A DNA stretch of 64,000 nucleotides. Origin: Bispira polyomma (Eukaryota). How positions within the stretch are numbered: the first letter of the stretch is position 1; every line of letters starts with the position of its first letter. Location of the stretch: assembly GCA_965649765.1 (NCBI GenBank), contig OZ287750.1, positions 67,580,001-67,644,000 on the forward strand, read 5' to 3'. Under the pieces are notes generated by a model. The model worked only from the letters and a program-made list of their open reading frames with translations. It made no database searches and was not told the DNA's origin. Positions 1 through 13,545 of this stretch are shown here, in pieces. A program made the translations under genes and the position numbers.

Positions 1-854
1 CTCCTGTTTTACCTATTATATATTGTTATATTATAACTGCTCCATTGTCATAGAAAACTACATGACAATTGAACAAATTCAAAGCAATTCAAAGCCAACT
101 GTACTGTAGCCCATTTGCTAGGTTACAGACAACCGCACTCTAGAATATTTAGTGGAGTACACAGCCACGCTGAAAATTAATTCTATTAGTGTTGAATGAA
201 ATTACCCTCTCATGTTATTAGTTAAAAATAATCTTTCTCAGCACACACTGATTACCATAATTGTACAAAAAAAGTATATTTCGATTTCTTAATTAATATA
301 AGCACATAATTAGTAAGATCAGTATTTACTGCCTATCACCCAAACTTCGACTTCTGTGCAGGACGAAAATTGCAATTAGTACTTAGAAGTCTTCTGTTTG
401 TGTAATAAGAAATTTTAAGTAAATTTACCAAATTTTACAGTGTGAACGCAGGGTTAGAGGCCAAGCTAGCATGCTAATGTTATATTTTATGTTTTATCAT
501 CGATAAAATTGAGGGTAATATTTGTATAATATCTAATAATGTCCCCAAACTACATTTCTATAGTTAGAAATTAATCAGATCCTTCCTTTTCACAGTTGTA
601 AGTTGTAAAGGTAAGGGGCTTTACAGCTCACTTCTGATGCTGACTTAATACAACATTTCAAATTTGTACTACCATAGTGGCTTAACTTCTCAGTTCAAGA
701 CAATTCCATAGATATTTTAGATATAGATACTCTGTTGTATTCAAATTTATATGCAGCACATTTATCTACTAATTAATCTGGTATTTAAAGCATTCATTAA
801 GCTTTGTTTGCTGCTGTATTACAACCAACCAGAACTGTCACTGTGCTAACTCAA

Positions 855-1033
855 GACAGAGGCGTGAGGATGACCATTTATCAACGTATCGCAGGTTCTT
901 TAGCCTGCCACTTGGAAAAGGCACATTTTTCTTGGTCATCTGGTTCACTGTGTATATGTCTGTACATAGTCTCCCCAGCATTGAACCAGATCTTCTGTGT
1001 ACCTAAGTGAGTGTGTTACCCTCTAGGCCACAG
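855..1033 (-). mobile_element. Degenerate tRNA-derived SINE (body possibly Deu-domain-like); related fragment at ~22845-22900
   Basis: Minus strand tgtggcctagagggt (A box) and ggttcaatgc (B box); body tgaccatttatcaac...ggttctttagcctgccact is shared with 22855-22897. Confidence 0.55.
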
Positions 1034-3630
1034 TGCCAGATAGGACCTTATCCCTAAAGGTAACCTGCCACTTACATGATGAATGTGACCACAGTCTGCC
1101 CTCTAATCCTTGATTATTGTTATCTCTCTGGTATTTTGTGAACCCTGTACAAACCAGTTTTGTTGCAGGCTGTCACCATCATGTGGTATGCTTTCTTATT
1201 ACAATAAGCATCCTTTCCTAGGAAGGTATACATATTGTATGGAGAAACTTATTTAAGTCTCAGGCAAGATTTTGAACACAGGACTCAAAAGAAAGTGTTT
1301 TGTACTAGAATTTTTGGCAATGGTCAACAGGTGGGACTTGATGTTTTGGGAGCCATCACTGTTTCTGTTGTTTTTCTTAAGGTAGTTAGATAAAAGATTT
1401 TTGCTGTAATATGTTATGACTAGTTATTAAATTTAGCGTACATGTTAAAATAAGAAAAAAGGTAATATGAGCATGTCATATGAAAACAAACTTTTATGTC
1501 AGTTTGTGTAATTTGATGGACAGTGAGTTGAAGTGTTGGGAATGGTACTACCAAATGAAGAAAACCACAGAAACCAGTAATTATACAAACATTATGTCTA
1601 AAAGATACCCAATTAGAAAACACAAAAGAAAATTCTGCTGGCTTTTGACTTGTTTATTTTTCCTCATAGCTCAACATTTTCTTAAAAGTCAGACATTTTT
1701 TCTTCAGATTTTGTTTGACTTCAAACACAGACTGGTGATAAATGTGTAAGAGACAGAGCCAAGGGGGTTGTAAACAGTTTTTGGGTGTAAATGGAGTGGG
1801 TTGAAGTCTTTAAATTTGTGAAAATGGTTCTCAACCTTGTGATTATAGGTTTGTGACAGGGGGTGTACTGTCAATGGGAATGTGGACAAGTCATGTTTAT
1901 GCAGAAGACGGTTCTTTATGAATTGAACTTTAGGGCATGTTTAAGGATACCAATAAATAACAGTATGTTAAGTATAGGCTGAAGAACCCGCCAGAAACCT
2001 ACTTTAAAATGAAATGTGTGTAATTAGCTTGGAATCTGTTGGGCAGAGATATTTAATGGGCTATACATGAGTCTAGTGTGACTTTAGCATTTTAAAAAGT
2101 AGATGGTTGTACCTTTTTCATGACTTATAAATACTGGGCTACAGATGTAGTAACTTTAAAAAGTGATTTCAGGTAGCTTTTGGAGAAATATAATATCTCT
2201 GTCCAATTTGTGCTTTTAAAACATCTTGAGCATTTAGATCTACTGATTTAAATTGGTATTTGAGTGTTAAACTACAGTTATTTCAAGTATATACCATTTA
2301 AATGTTAATGATTATCATTGTCCTCTCCTCTCGCTAGTCCTTCTACTAATCCCCCCATCCCCTGCAGTAATGGTCTTTACAAACTGGCAGAAAGCAAGCA
2401 TGCCTAAGGTGAGTTAATATTTTAGAAACCAAACACGCAAAGACCAGCTTATGTTAGGAAAATATGTTCTCATTTGTACTCTCTTTGTGAAACATTTTGT
2501 AATATATGATAAAATTTAAAAAAAAATGTATCATGTATGGATACACTTCTAATATTTCCTCCCATGTATATCTAAACACTGCGTCAAGTTGCCTATGCTC
2601 ACCTGTACTTACATTAAATTACCACTTACATCATACTAGTTTGCTTTGATCATACTAGTTTGCTTTGATCTTTTGATCAAAGTTTTTATCAAGACTTGTA
2701 TATTCTCCCAGAATGACCTGCTGCAGCTTTTACTAATCATGACCATTATTCCCCTCATTTACTGGTGGTCTAATTTCCACTACCTGTAATTACCTGCATG
2801 CTCTCAGGTTACACACCCATACCTCTTTGCTTTGTTCTAATGTCACCACTTGCACAGTGGGTTTCTTAAGCCTCAAATCATTATCTTTATCTGACAAAAA
2901 GATATTTATGTTTTTTTCTGAACCAGACTGATCATTAATGGGTGAGGTAGGTGGACATCAGTGTTAAAGGTAGCAGTGGGGAGTCTTAATTAAGATGATT
3001 GACTGAGTAAAGGGTCGAATTAGTGCACAACATCTACTGATGCTGTAATACCATCGTTATGATCCACCCATCTTCTATATAGTTACCAAATATGTGTAGG
3101 TTATGTACGAAAGTATTGGTTCGTTTAACCTATCCGATCATAAATCCACCAATTTACCACATCAATAAGTAAGTTTACAATGGGCACTACTGTACAAGTA
3201 AACAGAACTTCTTATTTTAAAAATAAAATATGGAAAACTACTAATAATAAATAGATTCAGATACATTTTTTGTACATCCAAATTCCAGGTTTAAGTTATT
3301 TAGGTGATTACAAAAGAATCTTTTAAGTATGGCTACATTCTATTTATTGATTATTAATTGTTGTTTCAAAGATATCAAGTTAAACTTTTAAATGATTATA
3401 TTAGAGGCTACTTTGTACTTGTCCATTTCTTTCAGTATATTCCAGATTATATTGTTCTGCTCATAGTTTCTTAAAATCAAGACTGGCTAAAACTTTCATT
3501 TTATTATCGTTGTTGTAACTGGTCCAATAAATGAAGTTATTCAAAGTCAATAGTAATGGTAATTAGTGGCAAAGTGCTATAAACATCTGTGGGTATTACT
3601 TTTGCTGTACTATTTGTTTTCTGTTTTTAG

Positions 3631-4191
3631 GAATCACCCAAACAGTCATTCCTGTGGATCCTAGAGAGGGAGCCACCAGTGTACTTTTATGGCACTATCC
3701 ACGTCCCATTTACCCGGGTGTGGAAGCACATTCCTCACAATGTGAAGCAGGCATTCCTGCGGGCAGACCAAGTCTACTTTGAATTAGATCTCCTGGACAC
3801 TAAGACAGTCTCTGCCCTGGCCTCTTGTCAGTTACTACCTCAAGGTCAAGTGCTCTCTAACATTCTACCTAAGGAGATGTACCGCCGACTGAGGCGCCAC
3901 CTAGACTATGTCAGGGACATGATGCCAGGTTGGATGACTACAGAGCAGCAGAGTCGTGGACTGTACGCAGACTATCTGTTCCAAGCCATCACAAGTAACT
4001 GGGAGCGTATGCGTCCCATTTGGATCATGCTGATGGTGAGCTCTCTGACAGAGAGTGAGATTCAGGCCCGAGGTGTGCCTGTCTTAGACTTGTACCTGGC
4101 ACAAGAAGCTCAGAGACTGGGTAAACAGACAGGAGCTGTGGAGCAGGTAGAGGAACAGTGTGTCCCACTCAACGGACTCAATATTTCACAG
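3631..4191 (+). CDS. TRABD2: TIKI metalloprotease exon A (first exon in window; TraB/PrgY-like catalytic domain, N-terminal part)
   Basis: Pyrimidine tract + AG (tttgttttctgtttttag) ends at 3630; donor cag|gtaagc after 4191; 561 nt, phase 0/0. Translates [31 protein letters not shown]...VYFELDL...[24 protein letters not shown]...[12 protein letters not shown]...[20 protein letters not shown], which are hallmark TIKI motifs. Confidence 0.96.
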
Positions 4192-4351
4192 GTAAGCCTG
4201 TCCCACGCAATGGAATCAATACTTCACAGATAAGCCTGTCCCACTCAATAGACTCAATACTTCACAGGTAAGCCTGTCCCAAGCAATGGACTCAATGCAC
4301 TCAATGCACTCAACAGACTCAATACTTCACAGGTAAGTGTGTCCCACTCAA
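4161..4351 (+). repeat. 38-nt tandem array spanning the exon A donor (~4.5 copies)
   Basis: Unit tgtcccactcaacggactcaatatttcacag|gtaagcc starts at 4161, 4199, 4237 and 4275. Confidence 0.95.
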
Positions 4352-5819
4352 ATGTACACATTTGGATTGTCAGGATTTTTGTTCACTTTGCACTTCTGAT
4401 CTTTGTCATGTGTTTTTACAATGTACCATAGACAATGTCTAATATCTCCATTTTTGCCTAACTTCTAGTTATGGCTTCCATTTATACAGAAATACAACTT
4501 AGTTACAAAAACATGTATATGCAGACATCTGTTAAAAGCCCCAAATGTGACAATTTTTGTGGTGTATTATATGGACTTAGTGTTATTTATGTCACAAAAG
4601 AAACTTGTTTGTGCAAATATGGTTTCTTCTTGATGTTATGAAATTATTACAAGGATATAGGAAAACAAGTGGATCAAAGAGGGGGTGAGGTTTCTGTGTA
4701 AGAGCTCCTGTACATGTATTTGTGGTGATATGTTTAAGGACACCACTACATCTGCTGACTTGGTTTATTCCTTCTCTAGTTCAGGTTATGTGACACAATA
4801 TCCACCACAGGTTGTTGTCACAATGGCCAACTCTTCAAAGAATGTTCACTCTTGACTTCTCCATTTCTGTGTTTGAGTTGTTGTCTAATGAAATCTGATC
4901 TGAGTGAAAGCACTAGTGCCTTGTTTGTACTTCAGAAGTGATGTTCTGAGAGTGTGTAGATCAGAGTAAGAATCATGGTAACAATACTGACTATGTCTGC
5001 AGTGTAGTACACTTTAGTCAGCAAGTGTCAGGGACCACCAGTGGCGTTGGCTTTAAAGGAGTTTTCTTAATAAAGTATAGAGCTCATAGTCATTGAATTC
5101 AAATGTTGTCTGAAGAGATAACTCAGACGCATCACTGTCTTTGAAGTCTTCATTCAAACTCTAACACTTATTGACTCATTTTTTAAAAAGTCTAATGAAA
5201 GTTTTTGACGTCAGTTTTTGGCACCGTAGTCAATGAATAAATATGATACGGATTATGGTTTTAATTGATCAAATAGGCAGATATTTTTCTTCTGATAAGT
5301 GTTAAACTATACACAAATTTGATACATATAAATATGTGTGAAAACTGTACAGAATGTTAATTCACACTTATCTTGATGTGGTGAAGTGGTTCTAAAAGAA
5401 AACAATAGACAGGGTATTGTGGAGGTCTAAAACTGGAAGTGGCATTGTTAAGGTTTAATCTGGAGCTGTCAAGGCTTTCTGAGGAGACAGAGTCGACTTG
5501 TGATCATGTGAGAGCTTTCAGTTCACTGTATAGACTTCCTTAGTGAGAACAGACCCCCATTGTACACAATGTCATTGTTATGTAGGCAGAGTTTTTCTAA
5601 AGGGCTTATTCTCTACCTTGTCACCTTTCGAGTTTACCTCTGTGTGGTAGGAATTGGTCATCTGGTGTAACAGCTAATATCCCCCCTGTGAAATGTCTCA
5701 CCCTCTCCCTACAGGGAGTATATTCTGTAAATAGATTTGTAAGATTACCTCAACAAAGCATTCAGCATTGTGTTAGAGGCACCAAATTCCAGGGGCACCA
5801 TGTCCTAGCTATAAATCCC

Positions 5820-6113
5820 AAGTATACCCCACTAAGATGACTTCCTAGGAGTTTATCACACAGTCTGTTAGGGTAACCTAGCCATACATTCTCCTGAATG
5901 TCGAGTATACCACACTGAGATGACTTCCTAGGAGTTTATCACACAGTCTGTTAGGGTAACCTAGCCATACATTCTCCTGAATGTCAAGTATACCCCACTA
6001 AGATGACTTCCTAGAAGTTTATCACACAGTCTGTTAGGGTAACCTAGCCATACATTGTCCTGAATGTCAAGTATACCCCACTAAGATGACTTCCTAGGAG
6101 TTTTTCACACAGT
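5820..6113. repeat. 83-nt minisatellite, ~3.5 copies
   Basis: agtataccccactaagatgacttcctagg... recurs at 5821, 5904, 5987 and 6070. Confidence 0.95.
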
Positions 6114-7217
6114 AGACAGTCTGCCTAAGACTTTTGTTGGGAAGCTTTCTCCCTTTAAACTAATGCTGAAACCTTGGTTTAAACTGTAGTGACAATGACC
6201 ATCATGTATTTCATTATATATGTTAAAACGTTTACAGTAGGCCTGATGACTGTTAAACAGACCATCAGCCAGAGTGGCAAAGAAGTTTTAAAGATCTCTT
6301 GGATTACAAAACATGCTTCTCATGCAGCTTTTTAACCAATTCTGGGAACTGTCAAAGTCTTATAGAACTCAACCAATTCAAACAATACCCAATTCTGTTA
6401 TGACATGAATCTCTGCATTATATATTGGCAATGTCTATTGAAGAATCAGAAAGAGGTCCTGCTTTTTCTGATCCTTCAGAATGTATTATCTTGTCTAACT
6501 TATATACATAAATACAGTAAAACCTTTATTATCTCGACATCTTGGGGAACAAACTTTTGTTTGGATAACAGAACGGAATGTTCATATACATGTAATAGAA
6601 ATTGCATTTCTCTATAAAACGTTAAAAAATATAATTTGCGGAGTGTACAAATGTGTAAATATTTAGATATTCTAAGTTTGGATAATAGACTTACATATAC
6701 ATGAAATAAGTAAATTAGTTTTAAGGCACATTTTGTTCAGGAACTTTTAACAGTGGACTTTTAAACTATATTTAAGTATAACGTTTTTGTCCAATAAGAA
6801 GCAGTTTGTATGCTATGTTTTTGTGTTATTTCTTCACTCTTTGAGAACTGAGAAGATTGTTATCACAGTTTTCAAGTGCTAGCTAAAATTAAACCTTGGC
6901 TTTCAGATAATTCAGGCTAAAAATGAAAGTCTATTTGACTGACCCTGTGTGACTTGTTTAGTATGACCTCTTTATTGACAGAGTCTGGTCATTGAGTGAC
7001 AGTCTAAACCTGTGTACCCAATAAGTGTAGCTTTGGTCATGTGTAAATATTATAAATGTACCAGCTCAAGTTCTTACACAGAGTGTGAACATCATAGATT
7101 GGACTGAAATCTCTGTAATCTGTTTAACTCTAAACAATGAAGACCCCAACAGACTGGTTGAAATTTGATTTGCCTGATTTCAATATCTTTTCAAGACACC
7201 TCATGAGAAAGTAGCCC

Positions 7218-7314
7218 GGGGCCGTATTCACGAAAGGACTTAGCCATGTCTTAGGCTTAAATCAGTATACTTTTGTGCTAGATTTAAGCCTAAGACATGG
7301 CTAAGTCATTTCGT
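7218..7314. mobile_element. Short hairpin derivative of the GGGGCCGTATTC MITE family
   Basis: acgaaaggacttagccatgtcttaggcttaaatc is near-perfectly complementary to gatttaagcctaagacatggctaagtcatttcgt; the left end matches the element at 27376. Confidence 0.8.
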
Positions 7315-7909
7315 CCTATGTGGCAGTGGGAGGTGGGGGAAACCTTAAAAAGTGTTCCAAGCAAAGGTAGAATTTTAATGAAAATGTGTTTAAGAAAAAT
7401 AATTCTTTGTATATGTCACAGGGCAAATTAAAATCCAGGTAGGTTTTAAATCCGCCTAAGGTTAATTAAATTTCTAATCCCGCCTAGACAAAATCAAAAT
7501 TTTAATCTCGCCTGGGCGGATTTTACCTCGGTGGTTTAGAGATAATAATCCCGCCTCCCATCTCTGCAGTTGTGGGTGTTTGAATCTCTACCCACAGGGG
7601 CATGTGGTAAAGTTAACAGTGAACTAGTGTTTACAGTTGAGGAATCTTGACCAACTAGACTATTCTGCTTTCATTCCGGCATGTTATGATACACTTATTG
7701 ACAGCATCCTTAAATATAAACTTAATTCTGAATCTTAAAGAAGAAGTTGTGGGTCACTATCAAACAATAGGAATGTAAACTGTGGAATGGGTTGTTAGAA
7801 TTTTTACAGGGTAGTTGATAAAAATGTAACATAAGTTTTGCTCTCTAAGTTAAGTGTACAGCCACACTTTTAGATAACATCTCTGAAACAATAGAAAGTA
7901 GGATTGGTA

Positions 7910-8084
7910 CAGTTAAACCCCTTTAAGTAGAACTCTGTCAAGTCATTTTCCTTGTTATATAGAAACAAATTTGAAGTCCAATGCAGACCTTATTATTTCA
8001 AACCTACCCTGTTAAGTGGAAATCCTGCTTAAGTAGAGGTATTATTCTGGGTCCCTTGAGGTTTGACTTAAAGGGGTTCAACTG
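7910..8084. mobile_element. Tc1/mariner-pogo-type MITE with TA target duplication; related copies at ~8620-8790, ~15225-15419, ~22145-22552, ~30138-30322, ~59010-59177
   Basis: ta|cagttaaacccctttaagt ... acttaaaggggttcaactg|ta (19-bp TIR, 1 mismatch); internal gttaagtggaaatcctg and cccttgaggtttga recur in other copies. Confidence 0.85.
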
Positions 8085-8870
8085 TATATTAAAATCAAGC
8101 TGTTAGGGGATCCTATGTTATTACATGATATCACACACTGTGACCAGAAGACATGAGTCTGTATTGATCATTTAAACTCACAACAATCTCAAAATGAGAC
8201 CTTTGTTAAATAGCTCCTAGTCCACAGGTCTCTGACTAGTTAGTTTGTAGAGACAAGCTGTCTTACCAATGGCGCCCAGTGCTACCATTGTTAAAGCCAA
8301 TTTTCTAGGCCAGACACCATCTTTAAGGAGTTATAAGATTAAAGTGTCACACAAAGTGGTTTCCCTAATGGAATTTTTGCTGCTACATTAAATTAGCAGC
8401 ACAAGGAAGTGTTGTGGTTTGCATCACCTCATGTGAAGCAGCTTTTGTTGTCAAAATGTGTTATATTTCAAAAAAAATGTCAAAATACTCCATATGTAAG
8501 TTATATGGAGCCACAAAATTAACAGGCAACTATTTACCTTTTATGAAAGCAAGCACGGTGACCTGAGGTTAAAACATTTTTTCCAATACATGCTGTAGAT
8601 TGTACTGTGTCATAAAATACAGTTGAGCCCCTTTAAGCTGAACCCGAAGGGACCATTCACAATGTCTATACTTAAGCAGGATTTCCACTTTACAGGATAA
8701 ATTTTAAAAGAAAATGCCTTTGTGGGAATAAAGATGTTTCTCCACATCGAAGGAAAATTAACTTGATAGAGTTCTACTCAAAGGGGTTTGTTTTGACACT
8801 GTTTTCAGCCTTATGATTTCATTTCCACAGGTTAGTGTTTTGTAAAGCTTACCTTCAGTTGCTATATAAA

Positions 8871-9711
8871 AGCCAATTGCAGACTGAAATCGGCGCAACG
8901 CGACGCGACACAGCCCTTGCCGACGCGATACTACAGCAAATATACCTTGCTTGCACGCCAAAAGCGACAGTACACAGCAATAATCTATAAACAAGTATTA
9001 AAATACTCACATACACCACACTATTAATATTTGTTTAAACTCCAATCAAGTTTAAATATTGTTATGGCTTTTATAATCACATATTTAAATACCAATTTAT
9101 ATTTAAACTAAGACTTAGGTGATTTCCAGAGTTAGTATCAATGTCATTATCAATTATAATCAATTGCAGTCAACTAGGAAAGTTAGGTTTTTGGTATAGG
9201 CCTGTGTCAACATTTTTTTATCCCTGCTGAACTTTTTACATTGCAATTGACCATTAATCTTGGCTATACAAGACTCCCCTTTTTCTTACAGTGTAATTAG
9301 TTCCATTGTGTAATAACACATAGTTATATAAATTTGTAAAGATAATTACTATCCGTCCATATTAATGAAAATTAGGTAAGTAATGCAATTAGGAATTCAA
9401 AATTCAAACCCTCCCTCTAGAAATGGCAATTAACGATTGAGGAGTAAAAATTTGTGTTGAACATTGGGTAGCAATTGTCACTAATTGAAATTCTTTTAAT
9501 GGAGAAATGACTAGCCAGTATAAAAAACTATTATTAAATTATTTCTTCAGCATTTCTGTGAATGACTCAGGCACGACATGACAAAAAATAGAGAAATTTC
9601 TATTAAAAAAAAACCAGGTCGTATCAGGGCGTGTCGCATCGGTTTTATTGTACAATTGCTGGTTATTTTATTAGGTTTCTATTTTTTTGCCGTGTCGATC
9701 TGCAATGAGCT
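8871..9711. mobile_element. Non-autonomous TIR element, Harbinger-like
   Basis: agccaattgcaga ... tctgcaatgagct imperfect TIR; CpG-rich subterminal cgacgcgac / gtgtcgcatcgg motifs. Confidence 0.6.
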
Positions 9712-11683
9712 AAAGCCTACCCGTAAAAATCTGTAGTGTCTGAAAATATTTGTAATAGTAACTGTATGGAAAGCATATTGATTATAGCACATGCATGTAT
9801 ATATAGATATTGGGGTTTTGTAATAATACAATAAACACTCTTTTATCTGAAATACTGCTGGAAGAGCAAGATTTTGTTTTTTAGTTAAGGTTCATGAAAT
9901 AAAAGAGGCATTTTAGTATAGACAAAAGGAAAACATAAATTTGAGAGAATGAAAAGGAGTTTATAAATCAAATATTTAAATACTAGAAGTTTAGATAATA
10001 GGTATTTCTACTGTATGTAAGAGGGAGAGCCTAGGATAGTCGGTTCTACAGCTGACAATTCTTGTATATCATTATTAGCACAGTGGCCCCTTTGTGCAGA
10101 AAAGGTACAAACATCTACAACAGAATTTGTACACTGCCATGTAGATCACAGAGGACTATCTAAATTAAACCTTACATCTGCAATATGTAGGATCACTTTA
10201 TTTTAATACAAACCGAGTTTGCTTTAAGCTATTTGTGCAAATGTATAGCATATTTAGCTGTTATAATTCTTGGTAGAGATGAAAGCTTGTTTCCTGCAAT
10301 CTGTGCTAAAGGAAGCAGAAAATCATTTCCCCTGACTAGCTTTTAAAACACAAACACAGCAGGGAAATAGCGGGAGAATGGTAAAGTGATAACAACATGG
10401 CACTTGAGTACCAACTTCTGAGCAATTCCTCTAAATAAACTGATCTCCAGTTATCAGCCAGCAATCAGCAACCTCCATCATAGCAATAATCTCTCTGATG
10501 GAATTTTAAACACTGAGTAATAAATGCGGAGGTTAGGCACTGTACACTTTGATGTCTCTCCCACCCTCATAGTAAATTACAGCAAATTGCCGGAAAAAAT
10601 GCTGGAGCAATAACCATAGGCACTAAATACAAACACTGGTAAATAGTGAAAGTTGGTGGAAGTTAAACCTTCAGTGCCACAGTTTTTAGTACCAGCAATA
10701 GTATTTTTGAGAGAATCCTATAAACTGCTTAGTACATACTTCATGTGTGACATGACCCCATTGTTAGTACAATCTGACTGGTGTAACCTGTATCACCCTG
10801 TACGTCATCTCACCAATGACAAACAAGGTTTTCTTTTTTCGAGATAATCTAGATATCTGAAATTGGTAGCAAGAAGAAGGATGCTACAATGCCATTTTTG
10901 AGTTAGGTTTATGAACAGGTTCTGAAAGGATCCAGAAAAGGTGTAAAAAATACACAAAAAATGCAGCATCCTGTTGTTTCTTATGTACCTAGTAGACCTA
11001 CATGTGAAATGCTAACATAAAGTTCTCCATGTGGCAAACATTCTTCATTAACAATAACAGAAAAAACTCTGTATTTATTAGTATCTTATGTTACACGTTG
11101 TACAAATACTGTATTTATTCCTATTATAAAAAAGAATCCCACACAAATAAAGTCCCAGCAGTTTGTGTTTATGTAACAATAGATGGGCTATTGAATTGTA
11201 ACTTGTTCAGGTTAAACTAAAACTACATTGTGTTCATCCACAGCAAACTAAACATCTTAGTGCCTGAATTCCAAGGATGACCTACAGGATTAGGGAACTT
11301 TTAATTAGCCTTGTTAGCTGCAGAGATTCCAATAAAATATTGATGTTTATTTTATCTTCTTTATTACTACATGGGTTAGCAGTGGCAGCTAGTGCAGGTA
11401 TTTATTTTGGCCTTAGGGTTACACTCCAGCTGTTTAAAGTCTCACCAGTTTGAGCAAACCATATTATTAAGGAAATAATTGTATGTGGTAATAGTTGGTA
11501 TGCCAACCACATAAAAGTAGGTGACTGTAATCAGGACATGACAAAGATTAATGAAAAGTTTGGGAAACTAGAATCTATTACAGTTTTAGATACCTTATAC
11601 AGATTTCCCAATTTGTATGTATAATCCATGTAATCCAATTACATTTGACTAGCTTTGTGTGGAAGATTAAACCTATTAGAATG

Positions 11684-11890
11684 TTACCTTTGCCATGAAG
11701 GTTATGTTTTTGTCTGTTGGTGTGTTTGTTCCCTGCATTACATAAGAATAGGATTGATATAAAATTTGATGGAGGGATGGGACATGGGGAAAAGAAGAAT
11801 CCATTAAATTATAGAGCCATTTTTTTTGTGAGGTTTTGGCACTGTGTCATCTTGGCGAGGTCATGTGGCCTATTAAGTGGCCCTAGAGTT
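11684..11890 (+). mobile_element. Short degenerate Helentron-type non-autonomous element (HINE/DINE-like)
   Basis: 5' ttacctttgccatgaaggttatg, microsatellite-like tgtctgtt, 3' cttggcgaggt complementary to the 5' motif, then a short hairpin and agtt. Confidence 0.55.
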
Positions 11891-13315
11891 TCAAATGAGG
11901 CTTTTAGTTCATGCAAGTCTCTTTAAATGACTTATTTTTGCCTCTCCACAATTGGTGCAGATAATCCTGAGATTCTCTCTGTACCTATATACATAGCTTA
12001 CTCACTTCAAATCAGCGCCTACAAGCAAACTAAGGAGTCATATGAGTATAAAGTATGAGTAGCCCAATACTACTGATTAAACAAGGCTGATAAAGCTGTT
12101 ATCATGTGCAGCACAGGTTTTACCATTCATTTGGTATTGATGAAAAGCTTGGTTCTGGTTAAGGGTCAGTGCAGTATCAAGGTGTGTGCTTTGTAGGCTG
12201 CAAGAGAAATTGGGTAAATCTCTGGCCACTTTAACCCTTCTCAATGATGGGTGAATGGAAGCTGGAAATCTCTATACTCATTCTGTGTGTAAAATGATTG
12301 TCTGTGTTCTATAGTTTTTAGGAAAGACAAGAATAAAAGTTTGAATCCATCACAAGATAACATGTGTAACATCCATATATTTGAGAATGTTAAAGAGGCT
12401 CTATAACACCATAAGTAAACCTTCAAACAAGAGTTTATATGATTAAGAATGCCAAGTATGTTTAGTTCAATCGGATCTAGAACTGGCAAACATGTACCTA
12501 GCTGTGGCTTGTTCTTAGTGATAAGATACAACAAGACTTGAAGAGCAAAAAAACATGTTTCTGGTTTTTTCACTTTGTTAAGTCATTGAGGATCTAACAA
12601 AATACAACAACTTGGTGAAAGCATGAAAAGCTACTCAGTCAAGATGTACTATGGACCTAGCCTTTCTGCAGGCTACAAAGGTGGTAAAATACTTCATGGG
12701 CAGTGTGTGTTGGTCCTTAGTGCTATCACTTTAATAAGACTGATGCAAGTTTGATGTCACATATAGTTACCTGTTGGAAACATTCAGATATTTAGAATTC
12801 TATCAAAATGCTGTGACTAACTGATCAATAGAAGTCCATTCTGTATCCAGTAGTAGTGGGCAAGGCTAGTGTTGTCTATATGATTATGTGTAGATGAATG
12901 GCTCACTAATTTGCCTAGCTACTGGTTCTTACCCTTAAGATCACAAGTTTTATATTCACCCACACAGTTGGGAAGCTGCTGTGTTGATTAATATTCCATA
13001 TTACTTGACACATACAAAAGGCTTAGATAATACATGTATATGAAAGAAAGTAGGACCATTATTTGGTTGCTATCATCAGTTTTAAAAGTGATGGTGATCA
13101 CAAATGTGTTATTTCTGTGTACTGAAGGAAATGGCTTCAAAAACAGATAACATGAGGAAGTCTTTAGGAGAGGAGTGATTATCTGACAGGACTTTAGATG
13201 TATTAGTTGTCTGGAAAGCTGAGATTAGGAGTCTGGGTCACTCACATACAGCTGTCTATTAAGTCTTCAGTTTGCAGAAGTTCAAACCCACAGGTCACAA
13301 ACACCTGTAAAACAA

Positions 13316-13545
13316 TCTAAACATTGAACATGGTACCAAATACCGTACAACCTCTGTTATATAAACATTGAACATGGTAACAAATACAGTACAACCTTTG
13401 TTATCTAAACATTGAACATGGTAACAAATACAGTACAACCTCTGTTATCTAAACATTGAACATGGTAACAAATACAGTACAACCTCTGTTATCTGAACAT
13501 TGAACATGGTAACAAATACAGTACAACCTCTGTTATCTGAACATT
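13316..13545. repeat. 44-nt minisatellite (~5 copies) that includes a pogo-type MITE terminus
   Basis: Unit aacattgaacatggtaacaaatacagtacaacctctgttatcta; period 44 (13321, 13365). Confidence 0.92.

Noticed and set aside
1-3630. TIKI first exon or promoter
   Set aside because: No signal-peptide exon with a phase-0 donor was recognisable; the region looks intronic.
3679-4233. ORF-track start and stop for TIKI
   Set aside because: The start is an internal GTG and the stop is intronic; the real exon is 3631-4191.
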